Positions 16,576 to 25,717 of a stretch of 64,000 nt of DNA are shown here, piece by piece. Both the position numbers and the translations under genes were made by a program. The stretch lies in the IMG/VR virus record IMGVR_UViG_3300044699_000054, positions 1 to 64,000 of that record. One strand, given 5' to 3'. The DNA is from a virus. Its lineage: Duplodnaviria > Heunggongvirae > Uroviricota > Caudoviricetes. Each line of letters begins with the position of its first letter. The first letter of the stretch is position 1. The notes beneath the pieces were generated by a model. That model was given only the letters and a program-made list of their open reading frames with translations, was not told the origin of the DNA and searched no databases.

Positions 16576-16960
16576 TTTGTACCCGGTACCGGAGCAGGTC
16601 AAGGGATACCTCGACAATTGGGTTCGCTACGTTGATGAGTTAGAAGCTCGCATTCCAGTGCTTGAGCGTGCGCACTCCAACCTGGAGCAGACCTCCAGTG
16701 CCGAGATTGCCAAGCTGCGTACGGAGCTGTCTCAAATCGCCGAGCCCCTGCATCAGCGGATTGCTCAGCTAGAGGAGAAGTTGCGGGCCTCTGAGCGTTA
16801 TGCCGTGGACCTTGCCTCAGAGCGTGCCACTGCTATCGAGCGACTGGCACCGGCACTGGAAATCAACCCCAACACACCAGGCTTGACGATCTTGTCACTG
16901 ATCAACGAAGCCTTGGTATTAGTTGACGAGTCAAAGAAAATGGTTCGCGAGCATCTGTGA
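16541..16960 (+). CDS. coiled-coil hypothetical protein
   Basis: Heptad-like helical sequence (LEARIPVLERAHSNLEQTSSAEIAKLRTELSQIAEPLHQRIAQLEEKLRASE). Confidence 0.4.
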   Translation: MCLLNGVTPVANLYPVPEQVKGYLDNWVRYVDELEARIPVLERAHSNLEQTSSAEIAKLRTELSQIAEPLHQRIAQLEEKLRASERYAVDLASERATAIERLAPALEINPNTPGLTILSLINEALVLVDESKKMVREHL

Positions 16961-17181
16961 TTTGGCATCGTCTGTCCGACTATCTACAGCGGCGCTGGCA
17001 TCAGTTCTGGTGCTGGCAAGGACAACATGTCATGATCTTGTATCAGGTAGGTCACAACTACGGCCGCGAGTGCCGTTGGTGCCGGGTACATGGTTGCCTA
17101 TCGGAGGAAGACATCAGGAGGTTATTTTCGAATAATAGTTGAAGAGTCCAATAACAAAGTGCTCTGTTGAGGAGGCACCTA

Positions 17182-18423
17182 GTGGATAACGATTATCACG
17201 AGATACGTTCGCATCGCCGAAAGAGCGCACCAATGACCCGTCGTGAACGGGTCATGGCTGTTTTAATGACCATTTCAATGGCTTTCATTCCAGTCGCGCT
17301 CTATGGTAGCTATGCCTACGGTGCAAGCAGCGCTATTGCAGCTGTGCAGTACACGCACAATTGTCTGGTAGCTACTAAGGCTAATGGCGGCTTCACGCAG
17401 GACTGCGATCCCGTAACCGGATCCCCGAGCCAGTCGCCATCAGCGTCACCGAGCAGTAGCCCGAGCCCATCTCCAACGACTCCGTCTCCATCGCCGAGCA
17501 CAACGAGTCCGAGCCCATCACCAACACCATCACCAACACCTAGCCCGACTCCATCACCAACACCTACGCCAACGCCAACGCCGACAGGACCAGTCTCAGC
17601 ACTGCGTGACTGCTTCGGTACTACTAAGAATTCGGCCTGGTCCTATCGACCAGGCGCGGCTTGGTGTGTGCGGATATCCAACACTGGCAAGCACCGGGGT
17701 GCCGGCAGGCACAGCTCTGACTCCGTTTACAGGTGACTACTACGCACGCACAGCTGGTGCAGTCATCTCGAACATGGACCTCAACGGCTGTCTGTACGTG
17801 GTGGCCTCGAATGTGACGATCAAGAACACCCGAGTCGGATGGCCGATCGTTGCTTCTACGGCCTCAGTACCTATGACGTCAGCAGCAATGGCCTTACCAC
17901 CATCGACCGGGTTGAAGTCGTGTGCAACTACGCACATGGCACAGCAATCGCCGGTCCTGGCCTACGGGTATCACGGGTCTACGTTCACGGCTGTGAGAAC
18001 GGGTTTGAGGTCAACGGCAATTCGGTGATCGCTGACTCGTACATCATTGGGACTGAGACCCCGAAGCAAGGTAACGATCCGCATGGCGACGACATTCAGT
18101 CGCAGGGTGGTTCGGATGTAATAATCAACCACAACACTTTTGCTGGGCTCAATCCTATAACCAGCTCAATCATCAGTAATCCCAACAACAACTCGCGCTG
18201 GACTCTGACGAATAACTTCTTCAGTGCGGGTGCTTATACGATCTACTGTCCCGAGAATGTTGCGGGTGGCTGGATTGTGCGAGATAACCGGTTCTATGGC
18301 CCGTTCGGGAACTGGACATCTGACCCGCACCGGCCGGCGTACGGCTTCACTGATGCGTGTGGTGGGGTTGGGACGTGGACTGGTAACTATCGCGATGATA
18401 CGGGTGCCGTAGTCAACCGGTAA
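17182..18423 (+). CDS. membrane-anchored or secreted protein: (SP/TP)n linker plus right-handed beta-helix (pectate-lyase-like) domain; reading frame interrupted twice (frame 1 to 2 to 1)
   Basis: Three successive ORFs (17167..17736, 17606..18028, 17839..18423) jointly give TM helix, PSPSPT linker, CGYPTLASTGVPAGTALTP, VISNMDLNGCLYVVASNVTIKNTRV and VIINHNTF. The first and third ORFs share a frame. Confidence 0.45.
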
Positions 18424-18436
18424 CCGAAGATCATGA

Positions 18437-18478
18437 GACAGTGCCCCGGCGTCATCGTCGGGGCACTGTCGTGTGTAT
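18437..18478 (+). terminator. factor-independent terminator hairpin
   Basis: Perfect 12-bp stem GACAGTGCCCCG/CGGGGCACTGTC with a 10-nt loop, followed by GTGTGTATT. Confidence 0.5.
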
Positions 18479-18496
18479 TAAAGTGCTGGTCAGACC

Positions 18497-18526
18497 TTAC
18501 ACCCGGACGTACCCATGCGCTAAGAT
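18497..18526 (+). promoter_or_regulatory. sigma-70/SigA-like promoter TTACAC-18 nt-TAAGAT giving a leaderless transcript for the 18534 gene
   Basis: The -10 ends 7 nt before ATG 18534. Lower-GC context. Confidence 0.4.
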
Positions 18527-18533
18527 CGTAGAC

Positions 18534-18869
18534 ATGCAACAGCTGCTCAGGAGGGGACTCATGCTCGATGCTGAAATGATCCGGGAGACATTGAAAGCCT
18601 CCCATAATTGGGAGGACACACCGGAGCAGGCCCAACTTCGAGAATGTCTAACCAATATCTTAATTGGACACACGGATATTGATACAATCAACATAGCTCG
18701 CGACATGATCAATCTGATGCGAGATCAGCTTATGTCCCGCGTATCCGTGGTCCGTAAAACTGCCACCGTTAACGCCCGTGTGTCAATGACACCGGGTGAA
18801 ATTGCGGACGCCACAGGCCAGACCAAAGCCACCATTCTTCGACTGTCTACGGAGTACAGGAATATATGA
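18534..18869 (+). CDS. small protein with C-terminal HTH-like segment
   Basis: MQQLLRRGL... with the likely HTH MTPGEIADATGQTKATILRLS at the C-terminus. Leaderless context. Confidence 0.45.
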   Translation: MQQLLRRGLMLDAEMIRETLKASHNWEDTPEQAQLRECLTNILIGHTDIDTINIARDMINLMRDQLMSRVSVVRKTATVNARVSMTPGEIADATGQTKATILRLSTEYRNI

Positions 18870-18979
18870 CCTTTGTATGCGAAGAGTGCCGCCGGCAAAA
18901 ACATGATGAGTGCGTTGGTGGTACGCGGTGCGACTGCCAGCATCGGGATCTGCAACCGGACGGGGTAATTCCAAGGTCA
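18866..18979 (+). CDS. 37-aa Cys-rich mini-ORF (zinc-ribbon-like)
   Basis: MTFVCEECRRQKHDECVGGTRCDCQHRDLQPDGVIPRS. ATGA overlap with the upstream stop. Confidence 0.3.
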
Positions 18980-19296
18980 TGATACGTTGCCAGGGCTGTG
19001 GAGATCGGCTCAGAGAGCAATTGGAAGTAAGCCCGGACAACGAGATCGTGTTCCTAGATGTGGCTCTGTGCGAGCGACCGGCTTGTCGGAAGTCACCGAT
19101 ACCAGTAGAGCTACGAAGAGCTGGGGAGCAGCAATGGCTTCACCGTCAGTGGAAGCTGATGCAACAAGTGCTTTGGTCTGGCTATGAGAGACCTGATGAA
19201 GGTTCTGGTGACGGGGTCCCGGGACTGGAGAAACACCAGCATCATCGATGCTGCTGTGCGCCAGGTTCAGGAGGATTACCCGGCCCAGAAGTATGA
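18979..19296 (+). CDS. Cys-containing small protein (CQGCGDRL...CERPAC); C-terminal extent uncertain
   Basis: Likely start MIRCQGCG at 18979. The last about 35 codons overlap the next gene and look non-protein-like. Confidence 0.35.
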   Translation: MIRCQGCGDRLREQLEVSPDNEIVFLDVALCERPACRKSPIPVELRRAGEQQWLHRQWKLMQQVLWSGYERPDEGSGDGVPGLEKHQHHRCCCAPGSGGLPGPEV

Positions 19297-19630
19297 GCTG
19301 ATCTACGGCTGCGCGGAGGGAGCGGACACCCTGACCAGACGCGCAGTCCAGGCCCTGGGTTGGTCGATACAGCCGTTTGCCGTGACACCGACTGATTGGT
19401 ATCGGCTTGGTCCGGTGGCAGGCCATGTCCGCAACCAGCGGATGGTTGACCAGGATCCTGACCTCTGCCTCGCGTTCATCATGCCGTGCAGCAAGATCGG
19501 GTGCCGGCGCCCGCAGGGGCACATCTCACACGGTACGGATGACTGCATACGTCGAGCACGGCTGGCTGGCGTTACCGTACGGGAATATCCGATCCCTACC
19601 CTCAGGTACCAATTCGACCTGTTTCAGTAG
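19184..19630 (+). CDS. SLOG/DUF2493-like (DprA/Smf-LOG Rossmann-like) protein
   Basis: KVLVTGSRDW...ELIYGCAEGADTLTRRAV...HVRNQRMV...DLCLAFI pattern typical of the phage DUF2493/SLOG family. Confidence 0.5.
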   Translation: MRDLMKVLVTGSRDWRNTSIIDAAVRQVQEDYPAQKYELIYGCAEGADTLTRRAVQALGWSIQPFAVTPTDWYRLGPVAGHVRNQRMVDQDPDLCLAFIMPCSKIGCRRPQGHISHGTDDCIRRARLAGVTVREYPIPTLRYQFDLFQ

Positions 19631-19708
19631 GCCAAGTTACTTGACAGTACCCCCATGTACCCCTACACTTGAGGCATGACCGGTATTGGCCGTAGACGGT
19701 GACCAGCC

Positions 19709-19978
19709 ATGTCGCGGCCGGTACTGGTTAACAGGAGGATGAGATTGGTGAACATGGAAGACCTCTACAGGACCGCTGGAGAGCAGCCTTTTCTTGAGGC
19801 GATAACTTTCACGGTCCGCGACGTACGGCAGCTGTCCATCGTGGTGAGTGCGGCAGAACGCACCGATTGCAACTTCACAGTTCTTGACGATCCAGAGCGC
19901 AAAGGTGTTCAGATGGTGTTCGTTAAGGGTGATCAAGAAAAGCTCAAAGAGTGCGTTCGCATCGTCGCAGGACTGTAG
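19709..19978 (+). CDS. hypothetical protein
   Basis: 89-aa ORF. Confidence 0.4.
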   Translation: MSRPVLVNRRMRLVNMEDLYRTAGEQPFLEAITFTVRDVRQLSIVVSAAERTDCNFTVLDDPERKGVQMVFVKGDQEKLKECVRIVAGL

Positions 19979-19993
19979 GGGTACAGCGACCTA

Positions 19994-20302
19994 ATGGCAG
20001 TAGATCATGATACATATCTCCGCTATCTACAAGCTGAGCAGAGAGCTAAGGAGCTTGGACTAACCCTATTCGAGGTGCTGGATCGAAACCGGCTCTTGAC
20101 GACCAAGAAGCGCCAGCATGACATCGAGGTAGCGGTACTGGAAGACGTGGTCCGGCGCCTGGATCGACAGAGCCCCAACAAATTAATGGCTCACTATTTC
20201 AACCGTGTCGACGGTACGCCGGCTGAAATGTTCGAAGCACTGAAGATGTGGCTAGATGCCGTGTATCGGAATCTGGCCAACGAAACCCTGGAGGAGTTGT
20301 GA
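19994..20302 (+). CDS. hypothetical protein
   Basis: 102-aa ORF. The stop overlaps the next GTG start. Confidence 0.5.
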   Translation: MAVDHDTYLRYLQAEQRAKELGLTLFEVLDRNRLLTTKKRQHDIEVAVLEDVVRRLDRQSPNKLMAHYFNRVDGTPAEMFEALKMWLDAVYRNLANETLEEL

Positions 20303-20664
20303 ACGTAGTCACTCAGCAAGCTGCAGATCTGCTAGAGAAGGCCGTTGCGCTGTTGGAAACCAAAGGCTGGTGCACAGGGCACCTGGCCCACCCAATCACT
20401 GGTGCACACTGTGCCATTGGAGCCTTGCAGATGGCTTCAGTAAACCGCACCATAGCTGGGTTTGATACCGACAGCCTGGAATGGCGGAAGCAACCAGAGA
20501 TCGCACTCGCAATCCAGGCCCTTGCCGAGGAAGCAGCTGAAGCAGATAAAGATGTCTCTAGTAATTGGCAGAGAATTGTCATGTGGAACAATTCCCAGCA
20601 AACAGCTGAGCCAGTGATCGACGGCATGCGCCGTGCGGCTAAGGAACTAGCTAACAATGCCTAA
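20299..20664 (+). CDS. member 2 of the 3-copy paralogous family
   Basis: QQAADLLEKAVALLETKGWCTGHLA...C-IGALQ... shares N-terminal AAD(L/I)LE and Cys/Gly core with the 11930 and 21269 genes. Confidence 0.5.
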   Translation: MNVVTQQAADLLEKAVALLETKGWCTGHLAHPITGAHCAIGALQMASVNRTIAGFDTDSLEWRKQPEIALAIQALAEEAAEADKDVSSNWQRIVMWNNSQQTAEPVIDGMRRAAKELANNA

Positions 20665-21272
20665 GGCTAGGTCCATGAAAAGTGTGCTGATATTCCTGAT
20701 CATTGCTGCTGTTGTGGGGCCGTCACTGGTTGCCTGTACCCCCTATACCGGGGCAGCGACCGCCACCCGACGGAGGTAAGCCGTACAACGGCAATGAGCC
20801 GGATGAGCGGCCAGGGAGTGTTCCCAACAACTTTATCGGTGTCCGGGTCCACTTCTACGGCCATGATCGCTCCGACTTCGAGAAGGTCATCCCGTTTAAG
20901 TTCAATATCCTGGCGCATGCGTTCAACCCGGAGCTGTTCGGCGGGTTCATCGAGCCGGATACAGGTCGCATCTGGTCGTTCCGTGATCCGGGGACCAAAG
21001 TGGACCTACTTGTGGAGCCGGACCAGAAGAACACGCCCTATGGGTTCACCGTGTGGTTCCCGCCGGGAGAAATCATCGACTTCAAGATTGCTTACAGCTT
21101 CGCTGGAGACTACGGCGATGTTGTCGGCTGCGAGTTCCAGACCGCGTACGGGTCACCCATCATGCGGACTCGGACGACAGTCGGTGTGTACAACGTGCCA
21201 CGTGACTCTGATGAGCAGGGCTTCGTAAGTAACATCTGCATCTACACCGTGAACGCGGGAGATCTATCATGA
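20665..21272 (+). CDS. lipoprotein (signal peptide MKSVLIFLIIAAVVGPSLVAC) with apparent +1 frameshift in a C5 run at about 20729
   Basis: The signal peptide ORF (frame 1) ends 20769. The mature part (TPIPGQRPPPDGGKPY...) continues in the frame of ORF 20703..21272. Deleting one C from TGTACCCCCTAT joins them seamlessly. Confidence 0.45.
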
Positions 21273-21625
21273 GCTATTTTCCGAAATCAAACCTTGAGGA
21301 AGCTGCTGACATCCTTGAGCGTGGTGCAGATGCCTGGGAGTCGGGAACCATTGGCTGGCTCCAGGGAGGATTTGGCAATCTTACTGCTGGACTCTGCGCC
21401 CTGGGTATGTGCCGGTATCAACTTATAAACAAAGACGTCGAGGTCGCATTTTGGGAGTGGGACTGTTCTCCTGTTGTCCGTGATGTGTATTGGGACGCTC
21501 TTCAGGGCCTCACAGCAAGGCTGACTGACCCAATCGATGACTGGAATGATGCTCCAGGTCGCACCAAGGAAGAGGTCATCGAGCTGTTCAAGCAGGCAGC
21601 CAAGGATCTGAGGAACCGGGCATGA
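21269..21625 (+). CDS. member 3 of the 3-copy paralogous family
   Basis: EEAADILERGADAWESGTIGWLQGGFGNLTAGLCALGMC...DDWNDAPGRTKEEVIELFKQAAKDLRNRA. Confidence 0.5.
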   Translation: MSYFPKSNLEEAADILERGADAWESGTIGWLQGGFGNLTAGLCALGMCRYQLINKDVEVAFWEWDCSPVVRDVYWDALQGLTARLTDPIDDWNDAPGRTKEEVIELFKQAAKDLRNRA

Positions 21626-21864
21626 GCACCTTGACAACGGCGCGCACACTGTCTGAGGAAGCGCGACAGAGACCGTCCTTTGTGCAGCTGTGGTGGCAGG
21701 AGTGGCGTCGATTGGCCGGTTGGTATCCCGCTCGTGACAGGTACCTGGTGCTGCCAGCGGTCCTATGGCTGCTGCTGAGCAGTGACTGGCAAACGGCTCT
21801 GTGCTGGCCGTTGTTCGCGGGGATGGGACAGATGCATCTACAGATGCGAAGGACTCTGAAGTAA
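21622..21864 (+). CDS. small membrane protein
   Basis: Hydrophobic VLPAVLWLLLSSDWQTALCWPLFAGM. Confidence 0.4.
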   Translation: MSTLTTARTLSEEARQRPSFVQLWWQEWRRLAGWYPARDRYLVLPAVLWLLLSSDWQTALCWPLFAGMGQMHLQMRRTLK

Positions 21865-22178
21865 TGGGTAAAGTTGCCATCATCGGTGCCACGGTTGTAC
21901 TTATTGCCGTACTCACATACTTCTTCATAGGTTGGTTGCGGCGGCAGGACACCAAGGACAAGGCGCGGGAGAAGGGCTGGGCGCTGAAGGGTGACCTGAG
22001 CCGTAGTCAGGAAAAGGCCATACTTCTGCTGCTTCATGACGCTGCTCAGATCCTGCACGACATCCGTAATCCTGCAGCGGAGTCATTGGACTATGTGTCG
22101 TACCTGTCACCAGATGACAGGTCCAAAGTGGAGCACTGGCTCCAATCGTACGAGAAGGGGAAGCTGACTATCTCATGA
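21863..22178 (+). CDS. small membrane protein
   Basis: MGKVAIIGATVVLIAVLTYFFIGWL TM helix then soluble tail. Confidence 0.45.
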
Positions 22179-23116
22179 AATCCTGGATGAGAGTTGTAGG
22201 GCTGTCTGCTGCAGGTGTCCTGCTGCTAGGAGCCGTAAGTGCCTGTTCTGAGATCGCTCCCCCGGACCAGGTCGGTTTGTATTACCTCGAAGGCCCAAGC
22301 GACGGTTACCAGTTCGATCACTGCTATGACCCTGGTTCTACGACAGATGCGATCTGGAACAACTCTGTTGTTCTGCTGCCGGCATCACTACGCACCTGGA
22401 ACATTGCTCCGGAGGGCACTCCTGGTGCTGACTCCAATGCGCCGATCGTGGTCAACAGTGCGCCTGAGGCAGGACAGCCGTCTGGTGTTCAGGTCAAGCT
22501 GTGGCAGCAAACCAACTTCACTCTGAACACCAGCTGTGACGGTGGTAAGACCAGTCCCATTGTGCAGTTCTGGGAGAAGATCGGTCGCCGGTACCAGGCT
22601 GATACTCCTGATGGTTGGCGGAACATGCTGAGCAACACCATTGTCACCGCGCTGGAGACATCGAGCCGGTCTGTGGTTCGCGGCTACACCGCTGATGATC
22701 TGGTGTCCGGTCAGAAGCGCGAAGAGGTACAGCAGAAGATCGCCACGCTCTTCCAGTCCGAGATCAAGCGTGTTGTCGGCGGCGAGTACTTCTGCTCCCC
22801 GGCATTTGATCGGCACACTGGCCAGTGCGGTGAGGTCCAGATCCTGCTCAAGGACGTGGACTACGCCAACCCGAACATCCAAGCAGCTCGTGATGAGAAG
22901 CAGGCGGCCGTGGAGAAGGCGACCGCGCTGGTAGCCGAGGCTCAGGGCAAGGTTGATGCCGCTAACAAGACCGGTACCTTGTACAACAACCCGGCATGGG
23001 TCGAGCTGGAGAAGGCCAAGTTGCAGCTGCAGATGGTTCAGGAGTGTGCTAAGAACCAGAACTGCACCATCGTGCTCGGTGCTGACGGCGGCGTGAATAT
23101 CAACCCGAGGTCCTAG
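22175..23116 (+). CDS. lipoprotein (LLLGAVSAC lipobox) with coiled-coil C-terminal region
   Basis: N-terminal signal plus Cys. 313 aa. C-terminal region is helical with ARDEKQAAVEKATALVAEAQGKVDAANK. Confidence 0.55.
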   Translation: MKSWMRVVGLSAAGVLLLGAVSACSEIAPPDQVGLYYLEGPSDGYQFDHCYDPGSTTDAIWNNSVVLLPASLRTWNIAPEGTPGADSNAPIVVNSAPEAGQPSGVQVKLWQQTNFTLNTSCDGGKTSPIVQFWEKIGRRYQADTPDGWRNMLSNTIVTALETSSRSVVRGYTADDLVSGQKREEVQQKIATLFQSEIKRVVGGEYFCSPAFDRHTGQCGEVQILLKDVDYANPNIQAARDEKQAAVEKATALVAEAQGKVDAANKTGTLYNNPAWVELEKAKLQLQMVQECAKNQNCTIVLGADGGVNINPRS

Positions 23117-23118
23117 TA

Positions 23119-23823
23119 ATGGAAATTCCCTTCATCAAGCTGTACGTATGGTTCGCGGAGAACAACGACGCAGCGCTGCTGTGCCAGCAGCTACGCGGCG
23201 GCCAACTCTTCCGTGCCATGAAGGACAATCCGGAGCTACTTCCCCTGAAGGGCGAAGTGATTATCCCTGAGGACGGAAGAGCACTCGCTCCAGCTAAACA
23301 CTCAGAGGGACAGGTCGTGTTTGCGGACCTGGCAGTGTTGGTGGAGAACCCACGAATGTATGACCGTGCGATTGATACCGGAGTCACATTCATCGTGGAT
23401 CTTCATTTCCCGTTGCCAGTACCAGAGAAAATGGCTGCATTGCAGCCAGGGCGCACGGACGAAGACCGGGATGTGCTTCTGGATCAGGAAGCTCGTGAGT
23501 ACTGGAGTAAGCCAGAACGGGTGTCCCTGGCATGGGAGATCCTGCGGAGCGCGGACTTGGTAACTGTGCCGCACCGGGACTGGCTGCAGATGCTGGTTGG
23601 TACTGGGGTAAACGGGGTCCTGTTACCAGACGTGGAAGACGGTAACTTGGACAGCGCCGTAGGGCTTTCACAAGCGGTTCTGGACAGCGGCTTACTCAGC
23701 CATGCCGAGGTTGAAAGGCATACGCGGCTGGTTCGGACAAGCAGCTCTGCAGACGACGCTGTGGCTAAAGACCGCAGACCTGAAGCGGCAGCTGATGTCG
23801 GATATCGAGTGGGATGCCAATAG
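23119..23823 (+). CDS. hypothetical protein
   Basis: 234-aa ORF. Confidence 0.5.
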   Translation: MEIPFIKLYVWFAENNDAALLCQQLRGGQLFRAMKDNPELLPLKGEVIIPEDGRALAPAKHSEGQVVFADLAVLVENPRMYDRAIDTGVTFIVDLHFPLPVPEKMAALQPGRTDEDRDVLLDQEAREYWSKPERVSLAWEILRSADLVTVPHRDWLQMLVGTGVNGVLLPDVEDGNLDSAVGLSQAVLDSGLLSHAEVERHTRLVRTSSSADDAVAKDRRPEAAADVGYRVGCQ

Positions 23824-23841
23824 CAGATATTGGGGTGACTC

Positions 23842-24249
23842 ATGACTGAACTGACACCAGAGCAGGAAGCCGCCAAGGAACTTGTCATCCGTACCACGCC
23901 CAAAGGCCAGCTGGCGCTCGATCAGTACGTCACCATCCTGGCTGATTACCGGGAGTGCCAAACGACGATTGAGTTCTGGCGCAAGCGACTAGAAAAGCTC
24001 AAGTCTCAGATGGCTGAGATCATGGGTGACTGGGAAGTTGGCACTGTTAATGGGGATCCGGTCTTCTTCTACCAACGGCAGGAGCGATTCAACTCGACCG
24101 AGTTCCGGAAGCAGTACCCGGATATGTACCGCCTATATACCCGTGAGATTGTCGAAAAGAAGTTTGATCCTGAGTGGCTCAGGCAGGCGCGGCCGGACCT
24201 CTATGAAGAGTTCCAAGTAAAGGCGATGCGGATTACATTCGACACCTGA
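23842..24249 (+). CDS. hypothetical protein
   Basis: 135-aa ORF. Confidence 0.5.
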   Translation: MTELTPEQEAAKELVIRTTPKGQLALDQYVTILADYRECQTTIEFWRKRLEKLKSQMAEIMGDWEVGTVNGDPVFFYQRQERFNSTEFRKQYPDMYRLYTREIVEKKFDPEWLRQARPDLYEEFQVKAMRITFDT

Positions 24250-24268
24250 GTTATGTGATGATCCCATC

Positions 24269-24889
24269 ATGGTCAATCGGGCTCGGGGTAAGGGCACAGT
24301 CGCTGAATCAGCTGTCGTTGAGTACTTGCGCACACATGGCTGGCCGTACGCAGAACGGCGAGCGCTCAACGGGAGCCAGGACAAGGGAGATGTCTCCGGC
24401 TGCATCGGCTTGGCCATCGAGGTCAAGTACGCCAACGCCGGGATCCGGATGGGGACCTGGATCAAGGAGACCAACATCGAGCGCCTGAACGCACGAGCTG
24501 ATCACGGGATCCTGGTCATGAAGCCCATAGGTCTGGGTGAGCGACAGGTGGCCTCATGGTTCGCGGCTATGGTCAACAGCGACTTCAACCGGCTCTGGGC
24601 CAAGGTCCTGGTCGCACCCGAGTTCTCAGTGGTCGTGGTCAATGATCCACCGGACCACTACAACATCAAGGACCTGAAGTGGCAGATGACCGCGAAGTTG
24701 AGAACGCTGGAGGATCCCAGTCGGGAGATCCTGGCACTGACCTTCCGGCCACCAGGCACAAAGGACAATCCCGATGCCTGGTACCGGGTACTGACGTTGG
24801 AACAGATGGTGAGGTTGCTGCATGCAGCGGGCTACGGTGATGCCAGCTACGCGGAGGCGCAAGTACCGGATCTACAAGTACTGGGGTAG
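24269..24889 (+). CDS. PD-(D/E)xK nuclease, Holliday-junction resolvase-like (Hjc/RecU-type)
   Basis: GKGTVAESAVVEYLRTHGW...AERRALNGSQDKGDVSG...LAIEVKY matches the D...E-x-K catalytic core of phage resolvases. Confidence 0.5.
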   Translation: MVNRARGKGTVAESAVVEYLRTHGWPYAERRALNGSQDKGDVSGCIGLAIEVKYANAGIRMGTWIKETNIERLNARADHGILVMKPIGLGERQVASWFAAMVNSDFNRLWAKVLVAPEFSVVVVNDPPDHYNIKDLKWQMTAKLRTLEDPSREILALTFRPPGTKDNPDAWYRVLTLEQMVRLLHAAGYGDASYAEAQVPDLQVLG

Positions 24890-24992
24890 CTGGTACGGCG
24901 AATGTGGTCTGTGTGCCACAGCTGTTACAGGTCGGAGCTGGGAGTCGGCACGTGGTCTGTTGACCTTGCACGCCGAGATACATTGATCAAGT

Positions 24993-25021
24993 TTGACAGC
25001 GAGCCAGTGCCGGCATACACT
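24993..25021 (+). promoter_or_regulatory. sigma-70/SigA-like promoter TTGACA-17 nt-TACACT
   Basis: Consensus -35 at 24993-24998 and -10 at 25016-25021, in a lower-GC stretch upstream of the 25074 gene. Confidence 0.45.
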
Positions 25022-25073
25022 GAAGGGGTACATCCCCCTACAAGTGCCTAGCCTTGTTGAGCTGGAGAGAGTG

Positions 25074-25514
25074 ATGAGCTTCTTTTGGACATTGACGTGG
25101 ATCTTACTAGCGTATGTGGTTATTGGGATTGCCACTGGGCGCATCTTCAAGCAGGTTGAATTCAACGATGCCGTTAAGGTGTTGAAGAACTGTGATGGCT
25201 GCTTAGACCTCACTAAGCGCCTAGGAGAACTTTCTTGGTGTAGGGCACATTATGAGCGGTGGCGTCTAGATTCGTCTGCAGTAGCAGCGGGAATTTTCTG
25301 GCCAGTAGCAATTCTCATTGTCGTCGGCATGTTCGCTGGAATGCTTGTATCAAAGATAATTTTTCCTGGTGGCCAGCTAAGAAATAAGGAATCGAGGGAA
25401 TTGTTAGCCGAGATAATTGCTGACCAAAAGGCAGAAGCGCTTGCTGCGCAGGAAAAAGCACTCAAAGAACAACATAAGGAACTCGGTATCTCGTGGCCTG
25501 GAGAGGAAAACTGA
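25074..25514 (+). CDS. membrane protein (2 TM)
   Basis: MSFFWTLTWILLAYVVIGIATG... and IFWPVAILIVVGMFAGMLV. Lower GC than surroundings. Confidence 0.5.
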   Translation: MSFFWTLTWILLAYVVIGIATGRIFKQVEFNDAVKVLKNCDGCLDLTKRLGELSWCRAHYERWRLDSSAVAAGIFWPVAILIVVGMFAGMLVSKIIFPGGQLRNKESRELLAEIIADQKAEALAAQEKALKEQHKELGISWPGEEN

Positions 25515-25717
25515 TGCTCGGTTATCTGGTTAAGTGTGGTCTCGGTGGCATTGTTGCGTACGCCGCGATCAAGGTGCTGGAACAGCACAAGGTCTTTGAG
25601 AAGGCCACCGAATTCGTGGACCAGCAGCTGACGAAGCTGGTTCCGGACAACCTGGGCTTCGGATCCCCGAACCCGGAAGCCAACCCCTGGAGGGCGACAT
25701 CCGATGGCCGACTCTGA
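25514..25717 (+). CDS. small hypothetical protein
   Basis: MLGYLVKCGLGGIVAYAAIKVLEQ... ATGA overlap with the upstream gene. Confidence 0.4.
   Translation: MLGYLVKCGLGGIVAYAAIKVLEQHKVFEKATEFVDQQLTKLVPDNLGFGSPNPEANPWRATSDGRL

Noticed and set aside
17100..17170. Looked for a promoter in the AT-rich patch upstream of the beta-helix gene
   Set aside because: No convincing -35/-10 pair with proper spacing. Only an SD-like GAGGAGG before GTG 17182 was found.
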